From: Macrostomum lignano
Lineage: Eukaryota
Direction: 5' to 3'
Assembly: GCA_002269645.1 (NCBI GenBank)
Contig: NIVC01000975.1
Location: 124,001 to 188,000 of the forward strand
DNA: 64,000 nucleotides
The position numbers and the translations under genes were made by a program. Below the pieces are notes generated by a model that did not search any database, was not told the DNA's origin, and worked only from the letters and a program-made list of their open reading frames with translations. Below are positions 10,752 to 23,506 of the stretch, piece by piece; the stretch's first letter is position 1; the number at the start of each line of letters is the position of its first letter.

Positions 10752-11096
10752 AAGATCGGCAACGAGCGAGTCACCAACACGGCGCTCTATCATCGCGCCG
10801 GCCTGGCCCGTCCTAGCGATCTGCTGCGCCGTCGGCGACTCCAGCTGGCAGGCCACGTCATCCGCGCCGAGGCCTACTGTCCGGAGCCGGTGCAGGAGGT
10901 GCTGCTACTTACGTTGCAGGCACCCTACCGGCGGGGACAGGCGAGGACTCGGCGCTACGTCGACTGTCTGCTGGCTGACGCCGGCGCCCCGGACTCTGCC
11001 GGCGGTGCGGCTTTTGTTCGCGCCCAAGCTTCGAAGCGCGCCATCTGACGCTGCTTTTGCGAACTGGCAGCGTACTCTGTTGTTGTTGTTGTTGTT
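10752..11096 (+). mobile_element. 5'-truncated RTE-type non-LTR retrotransposon 3' end with (TTG)n tail
   Basis: Translates as KIGNERVTNTALYHRAGL...LRRRRLQLAGHVIR...RRGQARTRRYVD...* (stop at 11046-11048), the typical RTE ORF C-terminus. A (TGT)6 tail follows at 11078-11096. Confidence 0.8.
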
Positions 11097-11097
11097 T

Positions 11098-11930
11098 GGA
11101 ATCACATGTATTTTAAATAGAACACATCGAAAATCGCTCCTGCTCAGAGCCAAAGTTACATATCGAGCTGAAACTTGACCAATAGTCGTTTCACGGTTGC
11201 AGTTTACTCTGTGTAAAGTTTCGTCAAGATCAGTGAAGCAGAAGTACCTGTACTCGAATATCAATATGAATTTTGGAATCACATGTATTTTAAATAGAAC
11301 ACATCGAAAATCGCTCCTGCTCAGAGCCAAAGTTACATATCGAGCTGAAACTTGACCAATAGTCGTTTCACGGTTGCAGTTTACTCTGTGTAAAGTTTCG
11401 TCAAGATCAGTGAAGCAGAAGTACCTGTACTCGAATATCAATATGAATTTTGGAATCACATGTATTTTAAATAGAACACATCGAAAATCGCTCCTGCTCA
11501 GAGCCAAAGTTACATATCGAGCTGAAACTTGACCAATAGTCGTTTCACGGTTGCAGTTTACTCTGTGTAAAGTTTCGTCAAGATCAGTGAAGCAGAAGTA
11601 CCTGTACTCGAATATCAATATGAATTTTGGAATCACATGTATTTTAAATAGAACACATCGAAAATCGCTCCTGCTCAGAGCCAAAGTTACATATCGAGCT
11701 GAAACTTGACCAATAGTCGTTTCACGGTTGCAGTTTACTCTGTGTAAAGTTTCGTCAAGATCAGTGAAGCAGAAGTACCTGTACTCGAATATCAATATGA
11801 ATTTTGGAATCACATGTATTTTAAATGGAACACATCGAAAATCGCTCCTGCTCAGAGCCAAAGTTACATATCGAGCTGAAACTTGACCAATAGTCGTTTC
11901 ACGGTTGCAGTTTACTCTGTGTAAAGTTTC
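11098..11930. repeat. 177-bp tandem repeat, ~4.7 near-identical copies
   Basis: The unit start ggaatcac recurs at 11098, 11275, 11452, 11629 and 11806. Confidence 0.97.
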
Positions 11931-12262
11931 ATTGTACTGGTTGCTTTTAGTATTTTGCTTTTGTTAAAATTCGAATATCAATGCGAATATCAATGGGGAA
12001 ACAAATGCGTAACATATTACTAGACCGTCTGGGAACGTAGCACAAAGTTCGCTACGCTTCCGTGTGAACGGCCTTTGTGTTACGCTCCGCTCCCATCTAA
12101 GCGGTAGTCTATAGGGTGAGCTGGCTGGCCAGGGCTAACATCAACATGTTCACGGTGTTCGGTGTTCTGATTCTGAGCGAGCAGCTAGCGAAAAAGACAA
12201 CGATAGAATGACTTTGAATATCATATTGTTGATTTTACTTTTACAGACAGATTCATTTGGCG

Positions 12263-15200
12263 AAGTAGACTTATAAGTTATATTTATAACTTTTAACTTT
12301 TTAGTTTTAAAAACAGGAACAGACCAGGTAGGAGGTGGCTCAGGCATAGCACTAGGAGTCTAGGTGTCTACCTACTACCTAGCCTAGGTAGACATATAAC
12401 ATGGCATGCCATGGCCTTTATATAGTATATGCTATTGCCTATCCCCATAGCCTAATATGTATATTTACTCTATGTTTATAAATATTTAGTATAGCCATAG
12501 GCCTAAGTTAGTGCCAAGTGTTACTGCATGAATAGTCTATATGATGATAGGCCTAGTAGCTTAAATACTATTAGCTTTTTATAATTATTACCATTTAATA
12601 CTTATTGGAATTCAAAAGATTATAGCTATACTCTAGAAGATGTAGTGCATGCCAGAAAATTTTTGGCATATATTCTAAAACCTAAGTAGTATGCATAGCA
12701 TGCAAATGAAAAAATATGTAGTTGTCAGCATTAGCATGCACTATCTATGCAATTGCTATGCAGTGTGTATGTCATGGCATGCTAATGTATGCGCATAATA
12801 TATATGATTGCTTAGGCCCTATAAAATTTTTAGATCTAGGCCTATTATTTTCATTATAGGCCTATTTGAATAAATTATTAAATATTAGACTTCTATTGGT
12901 CTTAACTCTCTTACATAAGCCTAGTCTAAATTTCATTACAATCTCCTTTGACCTTTCCCTTGTTTTTGGTGTATAAGAGTCATATTCATAAGACCTTATA
13001 TTGAATTTGTTTGGTATCAGTGTATATCAATATCAATACATTGATCCATCAATTATCAATATCAATAGGTTATATATATCTAATAACCCTTTGGTATTCT
13101 ATTCTTTAAATATATTTTAATATTTTATATTAATATATTATATTAATATAATATATTAATATTTTAATATTTTAAAGTTTTAACTTTATATATTTTCCCT
13201 AAAAGTATTGGTATTACTGTTCTATTCTATAATAATTAGGTCTGTCATCTTTGCTAGGCAGCTTTAGCAATAAGCTAAAATTCAATTGTAACTATCTAGG
13301 CCTTTTCATGCAATAGTTAGACCCTATATATACTATACTAGCAAGTTTAATTCAAAGTGGCTGCTATGCTTATGGCATTTAGCTTCTTATGCCACCCTTT
13401 AGTATTATTCTTTTGTGCATGTCTTTCTTGTAAACTTGTAAACTTTCTTATAAACTTTGTAAAAACATAGCTTACATATAGTTATATAGTTTTAAACACT
13501 AGTTGGAATAAAGGTTGTAGCCAAAAAAACTATTGATTAATTTCTTTGTATAGAAAAAAATAACAGCAATATTAATTTGTTGCATATGGAATGCACTTTG
13601 AAGTTAGAGCATATACAAAGTTTATGGTCTAGAGTTTTGAATATAGTGGTAAATTACTTAAAGTTGCATGTTTAAAGGCACAAGTAAGTATAAACTAGCA
13701 AAGCTTATAATACAATTTAATGCTAAAAGTGAATCCTATTAAAGATATCACCATTAGGCTGAAAATATAACTATTGCCTTTTCAATAACTTTTATCTTAT
13801 AACTTTAAACCATAACCCCTTGACAACTATAGTGACAACCAATTGATAACCAATCATTGACAACCATATCCCCATTGGTTTATTGGCTGTATTCACTGAT
13901 ACTCTGATAGCCACAATCTCCATTGGTCTATTGGCTGTATTTATTAATAATTAGAATTTGTCATTGTCTATTAAAAAGATGTCAAATGAGAAAAGAATCT
14001 ATTTGATTCTAGTATATAGCATATAGGCCAAAAAACATTCATTTCTATATTGTATATTCAAGACTATAGATTGTCACAATCTAATAGAAAATTTATTTCT
14101 AGTTTAGAAAGTATTAAAATCACTATTATATATAAATATATTAAATATCATTGTAGATATATAAAAATATAAAATATAATAATAGTGGTTCTAATTCTAA
14201 TACATTACATATATTATTTTTGCAGGAAATTATTTCCCAAAGCATTACTTTTTGGGAGCCTTACAATATATAAATTAAGACACCAAATATATTTTATTTG
14301 ATAGGCTACTTCTTAGTATGCAATTTTACCTAAAATATTTTGGGCATATACATTCATATATGCTAGTAATATATTTTTTATGTTTTCTTGCAGTAGATAC
14401 CCAAAATTATCTATGAGTAAAATTAGGGTCTTAAATAAATGTTCATGATGGGGTTTAGGATTAATAACAAAAGTAGCTAATTCAATCCCAAATAATACTT
14501 CATGATATAACAAAGCATAAAGAGCCAATTTTGGTACCATCATAAATATTTTTTAAAGGTTGTAATGATTTATATGAGGATTTTCAAAGCAAAATAAAAC
14601 TTATATGGCTACACCTGCATTATGTTTTCCTTTTTGTGCTTTTTCTATACTAAATATGCTTTCTATGTATTTTTATTTACTATTTTGCCATAAAAATTTT
14701 GACAAGAAATGTATAAAAATGGACTCATTTGCTAATAACCTTGTGATATCTTTTCAGTTTTTGTTTTTAAAAATTAATTAAATAGGTTCAAATTTAACTA
14801 GATTTGCATGAAATTTTTCTATAATATAATATAATATTAGTCATTGAGCCAGTTAGCTTTTAGAATGTCTTATAGAAGACTTCAAAATGTAGTTTCTTAG
14901 TCATATTGACCTTGCAGCTTGGGCATGGCAGTAATAAAGATAAGCTTGCATGCATCCACCTTTTCTGCTAGCATCAAGCATAGAACCAAGAAATGATGGC
15001 AAATTTAGCACAATAACAAAAAAAGATCAATGAAATATAGAAGTAGACACAATACATTTTTATGCAAGCTGAAAAGAGAGAAAGTGCCCTGCATTTTGTA
15101 GTACAAAAAAACAGTAAAAAACTGGACTGACTATGATTCTAAATGACTAAGTTCTCTAAGTGACTATGCTATGTCTTTTTTGACTAGGGGTTTAACCTTT

Positions 15201-16150
15201 TGACATTTAAATTTGCAGTTTTTTGATAGATTGAATGCATCAATAAAAGTGCCATAGAGCAAAAAGGCCTGTCTCATTCATTTACTAAACTAAGCCAGAC
15301 ATTTTAAAGACTTAAAATTGGTATTTACATGGTAAACCTTTTTGCTCTAGAGTTTTTTAAAACTACAATATATGTATGTCATATAAAATGTTGCTGTAGT
15401 CTCTTTTTCTCCCATTATTTTTTTTTTACTTTGGGTTCACTTTTTTAGAAAATCAAAAAACCAATTCTATATTCTTTATTTAGTTAGCAAGTACGCAGAA
15501 ATTTAGTTGAGCTGTTTTTTCTAGAATTGATCATAAACATACATACCAACAAACCATTTTAGTATATGGATTTCAATAGAAACAAAATCTATAATTGCTT
15601 CTTGGATTTGATGAGCAAATAAGAAGTAAGACAGTTAAGCATCTATTCCACTTTTCATTTTTTGAGATCTTGTCATTAGCAACTCAAAGTCTTGGGTAAT
15701 GCTGTGGGTCGAGTTATTTTGTTTAGCTAGATAATATTTTTTTGAATTAGCCACGGCAGACTTTGGCCTATGGCCTAGTGGGAGCTTTCATACTGTATGT
15801 CTAAGAAGAATGCTTGGCTTATGTGGAAAAGGCAAAGCTAAGCTAAGTAAGCTAAGAAACAAATAAATGGTAACTGCAAAACTACAAAGCAACAGGTAAA
15901 GTTGCCAGCTTAAAATTCTCAAAAGTTGGGTAACTTAAGTCTGTTTAAAGTTCAACTTATTTCAAAATCTTAAGTATCTCTGTAGACCCAAATGTATCTC
16001 AAATTTAGCTAAAAAATTTCTGTAGAACACATTTTAGCTTTGTCACAACTTTCCTAGTCATTTCTTTAGTTCACCTTCACTTGTCTTTGTTTGATCTGTT
16101 TTCTCTCTGTCTAGCTCAATCTTGTTATTCTTATCTCTCTCTCCCTTGCT
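12263..16150. other. AT-rich, CpG-depleted island, probably a hypermutated transposon relic
   Basis: I counted one CpG (12792) between 12263 and 15493 and only a few more up to 16150. TA, TG and CA dinucleotides are abundant. The flanks are rich in CpG. Confidence 0.8.
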
Positions 16151-16521
16151 GCCTTCTGATTGGCTCTCCATTCTTGACTCTCTCTTTAGTCGCGAACTCC
16201 ACCCCTCTCTTTATTATTCTAGGCTCAACCCCCCCCCTTAAGTTAGTTTTATAAATACACTGGTTTAGACCCTGCGCCTACTTACTGCTCCTTCTGTCCT
16301 ACTATTCAACTTAGCTCTAATTATTTAGTCTCATTAATTATTTTCTTTACAGCTTTCTCTTTTGTCTCTTTACTGAACGCTCAATTATTCTCATCCTTAA
16401 AGTAAATAATATTACTTTTACAGTCCCAAAAGTCTCTACCGCTCCGCATTGCAGCTCAAGCAGTCACAGGCCTCGAGCATCGGCATCTCAGCACTGATCG
16501 CAGCCCCACAGTTTCTCAGAG

Positions 16522-17199
16522 ATGCGCCGGGGCTCTGTAGCCTGCCCCTTTTGTCCCAGGCGGTTCTGCCGCACTCGAGCGGCAGTGTCGCAGTACTTGC
16601 GTCATGTGCGGTCACACGGAATGGGCTGCGACTCGGAGCCAGAGGAGGCGGCTGCGACCAACTCAGAAGCTGGCAGAGCGGCGGCGGTCGAGCAGGTCGC
16701 GTCTCGCAATGAGTCAGCGATGCAGCCGTGTGCAGACGGCAGTCGTGCAGTGACGAAGCGTCACGAGTGCGAGTCAGTCGGAAAGACCCGAGCTACAAAG
16801 AGTGCTGCAACAAGGCATTGTCAGGCTCAGGGTGTCCAGAGGCCGATCCAGTGCAACACTTGCCAGAAGAATTTCTCCAGAAAAAGCGAACTCAAAGCTC
16901 ACATTAGTGCAGTGCACTGGAAGAAGAAAAGGCACGAGTGCAAGTGGTGTGGGAAGTCCTTCGCAAAAGCATTTCATCTACACGTGCACATCCGGTCTCA
17001 CACTGGAGAGAGGCCGTTTGAGTGCGATGTGTGCGGCAAGAGATTCAGTGTCAGCAGCAGCTTTACGAGGCACTCCAGAGTGCACACCGGAGAAAAGCCA
17101 TTTGAGTGCGAGATGTGCGGCAAGAGATTTAATCGAAGCAGCCACCTCGCTAGGCACTCAAGAAGGCTGCATGCTGGAGAAAAGGCATTTTTTGTGTAA
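16522..17199 (+). CDS. C2H2 zinc-finger protein, paralog 1 (intact, 225 aa, atypical N-terminal finger plus 4 fingers)
   Basis: N-terminal CPFC...HVRSH, followed by CxxC-x12-H-x3/4-H fingers with TGE(R/K)PF linkers. Confidence 0.85.
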   Translation: MRRGSVACPFCPRRFCRTRAAVSQYLRHVRSHGMGCDSEPEEAAATNSEAGRAAAVEQVASRNESAMQPCADGSRAVTKRHECESVGKTRATKSAATRHCQAQGVQRPIQCNTCQKNFSRKSELKAHISAVHWKKKRHECKWCGKSFAKAFHLHVHIRSHTGERPFECDVCGKRFSVSSSFTRHSRVHTGEKPFECEMCGKRFNRSSHLARHSRRLHAGEKAFFV

Positions 17200-17519
17200 G
17201 GTCTGCGGATTTGTTGTTTTCCACTCATCGTACTACATATTGTCCAAGTAGTCAGCACTCCTAGTATCCTAATTATTGTTGCATGTCTTTTTACACTTTT
17301 TTAACAACAAGCATTTAGCGTTTTTGTTTGCCCAGTCTGAAATACAGATGTAGGCTGTTAAATGCGTGGCTAAAATTTCGTCTCAAACTTTTTCCCTTGT
17401 ATTTATAATTACGCCGATGGCATGCAAACTTCATTTATTGTTTGTTGTAATGCTTGTCTTGATGCGATCATTATTTTGACATTGATTTAGGCCCTGTAAA
17501 TTGTAAAATTCTGCAGTTG

Positions 17520-18203
17520 TGGTGGAATTTGCTCAGCTCTCAGGGCCTCAGCCAGCGGGCTGTGTTTGAGCTGCACCAGTTTTCTGGGGAGTTCATCTTC
17601 AGGTGTACCTTCTGCACTGGCTGCTCGGTCGCTACCTGCTCATGGCGGTATTCGAAGCCGATCAAAGCACCAATACCTGTCCGGTGGTCCCATGTGTCTG
17701 CACTGGGTATATCCGCTCAGAACTTTCGTTTTTAATGGCTTGTTCGCTCGATCTGTCTCCGAGATGGTTGTCCCTCGCTCGCTGAGCTCTGTCTCTGAGG
17801 TGGTCACGATGCATCATCAAATCTCGAACTTGGTGATCTTGGACTCGCCCTACTTGTTGAGTCACAGCTTCTTGTTGGGCTCCTTCTCTTCACTCTTTAT
17901 TGCAGGTATCCTAAGATCAGTGCTGTATCGCAGCTATTTAAGAAGTAGTACTTTAACCAGCCTACTGTCTCTAGCAACGAATGAGGTCCATTTGTCAATA
18001 ACAAGTACCGTAATTCCGGGATGCTTAAACTTTAAAACAGTCTTCCCAGAACTCTGGCCACAGCCGCTTTGTCAATGCCACAGGATCATTCATCACAGAG
18101 AAGTCCTGTGTTTTCGTTTTAAATCACTAGAAGGTTGTTTGCTTCTAATTAGCCCAGATCAGCATGCATTCGGCACCATGGTTCCTTTGCTATTGGCAAT
18201 TGC
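17520..18203 (-). mobile_element. Decayed Ty3/Gypsy integrase fragment, unit 1
   Basis: The minus strand reads KEPWCRMHADLG...IPE...TNGPH...HGTTG, with stops and frameshifts. It is homologous to the blocks after paralogs 2-4. Confidence 0.75.
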
Positions 18204-18206
18204 AGC

Positions 18207-18976
<770 letters not shown>

Positions 18977-19153
18977 CGAATATTTAACTCAGAAGTGGCT
19001 GCAGAAGTGGATCACCGGTCTTGTTATTTACTGTGGGCCAAGTGCTTTAAAGTTGCTCACTATCGTTTAACATCTCTTGTCGTTACGTATTCATGATCCT
19101 TGTTGAATTCTTTTAATGTAGTGCAGATGGCAGCTAATCCATAACCAGTTAGT

Positions 19154-19823
19154 TACAGCACTCAATGACCAGTTAGTGACAGCACTCAATGACCAGTTAG
19201 TGACAGCACTCAATGACCAGTCAGAGACAGCACTCAATGACCAGTTAGTGACAACACTCAATGACCGGTTAGTGACAGCACTCAGTGACCAGTTAGTGAC
19301 AGCACTCAATGACCAGTCAGAGACAGCACTCAATGACCAGTTAGTGACAACACTCAATGACCGGTTAGTGACAGCACTCAGTGACCAGTTAGTGACAGCA
19401 CTCAATGACCAGTTAGTGACAGCACTCAATGACCAGTTAGTGACAGCACTCAATGACCGGTTAGTGACAGCACTCAGTGACCAGTTAGTGACAGCACTCA
19501 ATGACCAGTTAGTGACAGCACTCAATGACCAGTTAGTGACAGCACTCAATGACCGGTTAGTGACAGCACTCAGTGACCAGTTAGTGACAGCACTCAATGA
19601 CCAGTTAGTGACAGCACTCAATGACCGGTTAGTGACAGCACTCAGTGACCAGTTAGTGACAGCACTCAATGACCAGTTAGTGACAGCACTCAATGACCAG
19701 TTAGTGACAGCACTCAATGACCGGTTAGTGACAGCACTCAGTGACCAGTTAGTGACAGCACTCAATGACCAGTTAGTGACAGCACTCAATGACCAGTTAG
19801 TGACAGCACTCAATGACCAGTCA
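19154..19823. repeat. 24-bp minisatellite (gacagcactcaatgaccagttagt), ~28 copies
   Basis: Read directly from the sequence. It explains the TALNDQLV/VTNWSLSA ORFs. Confidence 0.97.
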
Positions 19824-20509
19824 GTCACGGCATCCACTGTTGTGCAATGCACTACAAGATCAGCATTTAACTTCTTGTTGCTGCCAAAGATCAGCAGTTG
19901 TTTCCCCACTCTCTATTATGTCATTACCTACTGTAAAAATACCCAGCACTCATATTCTACTTATTCTGTTCCTTTTAACTTTTGTGAGATGAAGCTTTAT
20001 TCTTGTCTGCCTGATGAAATTTGGTCGTTGCACAACTTTCACAGCCGGTGTTTAAGTTTCCCCAGTCTAAAATGCGTGGGTAAAATTTCACTTCAAAATT
20101 TTTTTCCTATTTATCTACAAATTACACTGGTGTAATTGCAAACTGCACTTATTGTTTGTTTCAATGCTTGTCTTAAAAAGTTGATTGCTTTGAATTGACT
20201 TTAATAGGCGACTTGTAGGGTTTTAAATGCAGCTGTTGTCATGGGCAGTTGCTCAGCTCTCAGGGCCTCAGCCAGCGGGTATTCAGTCAGCTGATCAAGT
20301 TGGTTGAGTGTTTCAGCTGCAGCAGTTTTCTGCTGAGGCTTCGCATTGAGGTGTTTCCCGCACTGAGCTCTCAGACAGTAATAAATTACAAGAAAAAGAT
20401 TTGGTTACATTTTACAATTCAATGTGCTTCTTATATAGGACATTCCTTGATTTAAATCTGGTGTGTCCTGCTTATTTGCACTACTCTACGTGATCTCCCA
20501 TGCTAAAAC

Positions 20510-21630
20510 CACCCTACCCACCCCATTCCTCACCCTACCCACCCTATTCCTCACCCTACCCACCCCATTCCTCACCCTACCCACCCTATTCCTCACCCTA
20601 CCCACCCCATTCCTCACCCTACCCACACTATTCCCCACCCTACCCACCCTATTCCTCACCCTACACACCCTATTCCTCAACCTAGCCACCCTATTCCTCA
20701 CCCTACCCACACTATTCCTCACCCTACACACCCTATTCCTCACCCTACACACACTATTCCTCACCCTACCCACCCTATTCCTCACCCTACACACACTATT
20801 CCTCACCCTACCCACCCTATTCCTCACCCTACACACACTATTCCCCACCCTACCCACCCTATTCCTCACCCTACACACCCTATTCCTCAACCTAGCCACC
20901 CTATTCCTCACCCTACCCACCCTATTCCTCACCCTACACACCCTATTCCTCACCCTACACACACTATTCCTCACCCTACCCACCCTATTCCTCACCCTAC
21001 ACACACTATTCCTCACCCTACCCACCCTATTCCTCACCCTACACACACTATTCCTCACCCTACCCACCCTATTCCTCACCCTACACACACTATTCCTCAC
21101 CCTACCCACCCTATTCCTCACCCTACCCACCCTATTCCTCACCCTACACACACTATTCCTCACCCTACCCACCCTATTCCTCACCCTACCCACCCTATTC
21201 CTCACCCTACCCACCCCATTCCTCACCCTACCCACCCTATTCCTCACCCTACCCACCCTATTCCTCACCCTACCCATCCTATTCCTCACCCTACCCACCA
21301 TATTCCTCGCACTACCCACCCTATTCCTCGCACTGCCCACCCTATTCCTCGCACTACCCACCCTATTCCTCGCACTACCCACCCTATTGCTCGCACTACC
21401 CACCCTATTCCTCACCTTACACACCCTATTCCTCGCACTACCCACCCTCACCCTACCCACCCTATTCCTCGCACTACCCACACTATTTCCCACCCTACCC
21501 ACCCTATTCCTCACCCTACACACCCTATTCCTCAACCTAGCCACCCTATTCCTCGCACTACCCACCCTATTCCTCGCACTGCCCACCCTATTCCTCGCAC
21601 TACCCACCCTATTCCTCGCACTACCCAATC
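20510..21630. repeat. 21-bp minisatellite (accctacccaccctattcctc), G-rich on the minus strand
   Basis: Read directly from the sequence. It explains the TLPTLFL ORF. Confidence 0.97.
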
Positions 21631-22432
21631 CATTCCTCTCCCTCCTTATTACACAATCACATTTTAGAGTATAAGTTTACTTTGTTAGTGTTCCACAAAG
21701 AGCCTTATTTTTTTCTATTTTCCACGAACAAAAAATAGAGTTTTAATTTAATTTTTGTACAAAACATTTCTCAGAGGAATTTTTGCCCCTTGCTCAGCTT
21801 CCAGACGTCAACCAGCGGTTTCTATGGAGTATGTTCGCTAGCTCTTTTATTCCAAATCTTCCGAGACGGAACACTTAAGATGCCCGAAAAATCTCCAGCT
21901 CAAAATCGCACACTTTGAGATTCCAGAATAGCGTTCCAGATTGAAGAAGCACCAGACTGGGTGCCTTTTTCGAAAATGCTATTGTATTTTAATTTTTCAC
22001 CTGAAAAGCATGGGCATTACCTCAATTGTACCAGTTAGATTGGATAGATTTGCTTCTCCAGTTTGTGTCGGCTGCTCCATGTAGACAGCTCTGCTGGCAT
22101 TGATCCAGCAAGCTGCAGTTAAGTTCCACTAAGTCCACGGAGAAGTTTTTCGGTCCGTCAGAAACCCTGAAAATGCCACCTCTCATAGACAAGTGCAGAG
22201 TTCTTTCGAGAAAGATTTTAATGCATGGCACTAAACTTATCGTAACTTGTGCCCAATCGGCGTGTGCTGATTGGTTGTAAACACCCACCCCAAGTCAACC
22301 CCCTCTGCACTGCACCCCTCCGCCGTGAGGTTTAAATCACCTGACTTTTACTCAGACTGCCTCACCTTTCTCGCGCTGCATGAATTTTTTTATCGCACGG
22401 AGTGGCGTGAGAGCTGCCGCGCCTAGGCTGCA

Positions 22433-23506
22433 GTGGCCGAGATTTCAATTGACCAAATCACTGCAAGGCAGCTTAGAGACCGTCTACGCCAACTGGGACT
22501 GCCCAGTGGCGGTCGCAAGCGAGAGTTGCAAGTCAGACTGGAACAAGCCAGTTTCTCAAATCAAGCCAAGCGACGTGGACGGTCAACAGCCACTCACTCG
22601 AGCGAAATCGACCGAGTCAGCACCAGCAGCAGCGACGACGATGAGGAAGCGACTCTGGACGAGGCTGGCACCCAGCAGGGCACTGACGATCTGGACCAGA
22701 GGATCGCCCGTCAGGAGAAGCTGCTTCGGCTGAGGACTCTGCAACGCCAGACTGCTGAGATCGAGGCTGAGCTGGAGAACAAGCCTCTCCAACAGAGCCG
22801 TAAGTTGCTGAGCCCCTTGCCGATTGACTGGTCCCCCGCTGCCTCTGAGCCGGAGCTGGGACTGCCAGACCTGGGCCTTCAAGGCCCCTACAGCACTTCT
22901 GCCAGGCCGTCGGGACCGTCAAAGGCCTTTCTGGTGAAGGACTTTATCAACCGTGATGGCGAGGAGCCCGCCTCTGGCGAGAAGTCCAGAGTCCGGACTG
23001 AGCAGATCTCGGCGGGTCAGTGGGTAGCAGGCAGCAACCGAATCCTGTTGAAACTCCTCGACGAGGGTTCCCTGGTCACCGTTAAGGATGGCGCAGTTGA
23101 TCTTGAACAGCTGAAGGCCTACGTTCGCTACTGCGTCCAGTTCGGCGAGTTTATGCACCAGGGTTTCAGTCAGGCCGCCCTCAACTGTTACGCTGAAGAC
23201 TTCAGGATCCTGCAACATCAGTCGAGCGGCAGCTGGGAGCGGGAGTCGCTGCAGCTGCTATCCAAGCACATTCTGGCACCAAAGTCAAATCAGGGTGGCA
23301 ACGCGATCTCCCAGCGCACCAACTTCAAGCCCAGTAAGCCAAAGCAGCAGCCGTCCGGCTTTGTCGGCCCGATCGATCCTGAGGGGCGGGAACTGTGCGT
23401 GAAGTTCAACCGCAACGGCTGCCTACGGCGCGACTGCAAGTTCAGGCACGTCTGCTCCGCCTGCTACGAGGCGCGCCCGCGCCAGTTCTGCACTTCAAAA
23501 AACTAG
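22433..23506 (+). CDS. gag-like ORF1 with N-terminal SAP motif and C-terminal CCCH/CxxC zinc finger
   Basis: ITARQLRDRLRQLGLPSGGRKRELQVRLEQ (SAP-like) and CVKFNRNGCLRRDCKFRHVCSAC. The ORF starts at GTG in gcaGTGgcc context. Confidence 0.8.
   Translation: MAEISIDQITARQLRDRLRQLGLPSGGRKRELQVRLEQASFSNQAKRRGRSTATHSSEIDRVSTSSSDDDEEATLDEAGTQQGTDDLDQRIARQEKLLRLRTLQRQTAEIEAELENKPLQQSRKLLSPLPIDWSPAASEPELGLPDLGLQGPYSTSARPSGPSKAFLVKDFINRDGEEPASGEKSRVRTEQISAGQWVAGSNRILLKLLDEGSLVTVKDGAVDLEQLKAYVRYCVQFGEFMHQGFSQAALNCYAEDFRILQHQSSGSWERESLQLLSKHILAPKSNQGGNAISQRTNFKPSKPKQQPSGFVGPIDPEGRELCVKFNRNGCLRRDCKFRHVCSACYEARPRQFCTSKN

Larger units (their letters stand above)
10661..12012. mobile_element. Non-autonomous TIR (foldback/MITE-like) element with ~81-bp TIRs
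   Basis: 10661-10741 is the reverse complement of 11932-12012 with one mismatch. No TSD found. Confidence 0.7.

Noticed and set aside
10905-11861. 318-aa minus-strand ORF with 59-aa repeats
   Set aside because: A by-product of the 177-bp tandem repeat plus the antisense RTE.
14313-14543. 76-aa ORF in the CpG-free island as a transposase fragment
   Set aside because: I could not match it to any family motif with confidence. It is noted only as eroded coding-like sequence.
19091-21674. Long ORFs TALNDQLV, VTNWSLSA, TLPTLFL and RVGRVRN
   Set aside because: Stop-free frames of 24-bp and 21-bp minisatellites.
22022-22288. FSVDLVELN as an SGNH hydrolase remnant of an Ngaro element
   Set aside because: Wrong strand and position, the catalytic DxxH is absent, and the similarity is too weak.
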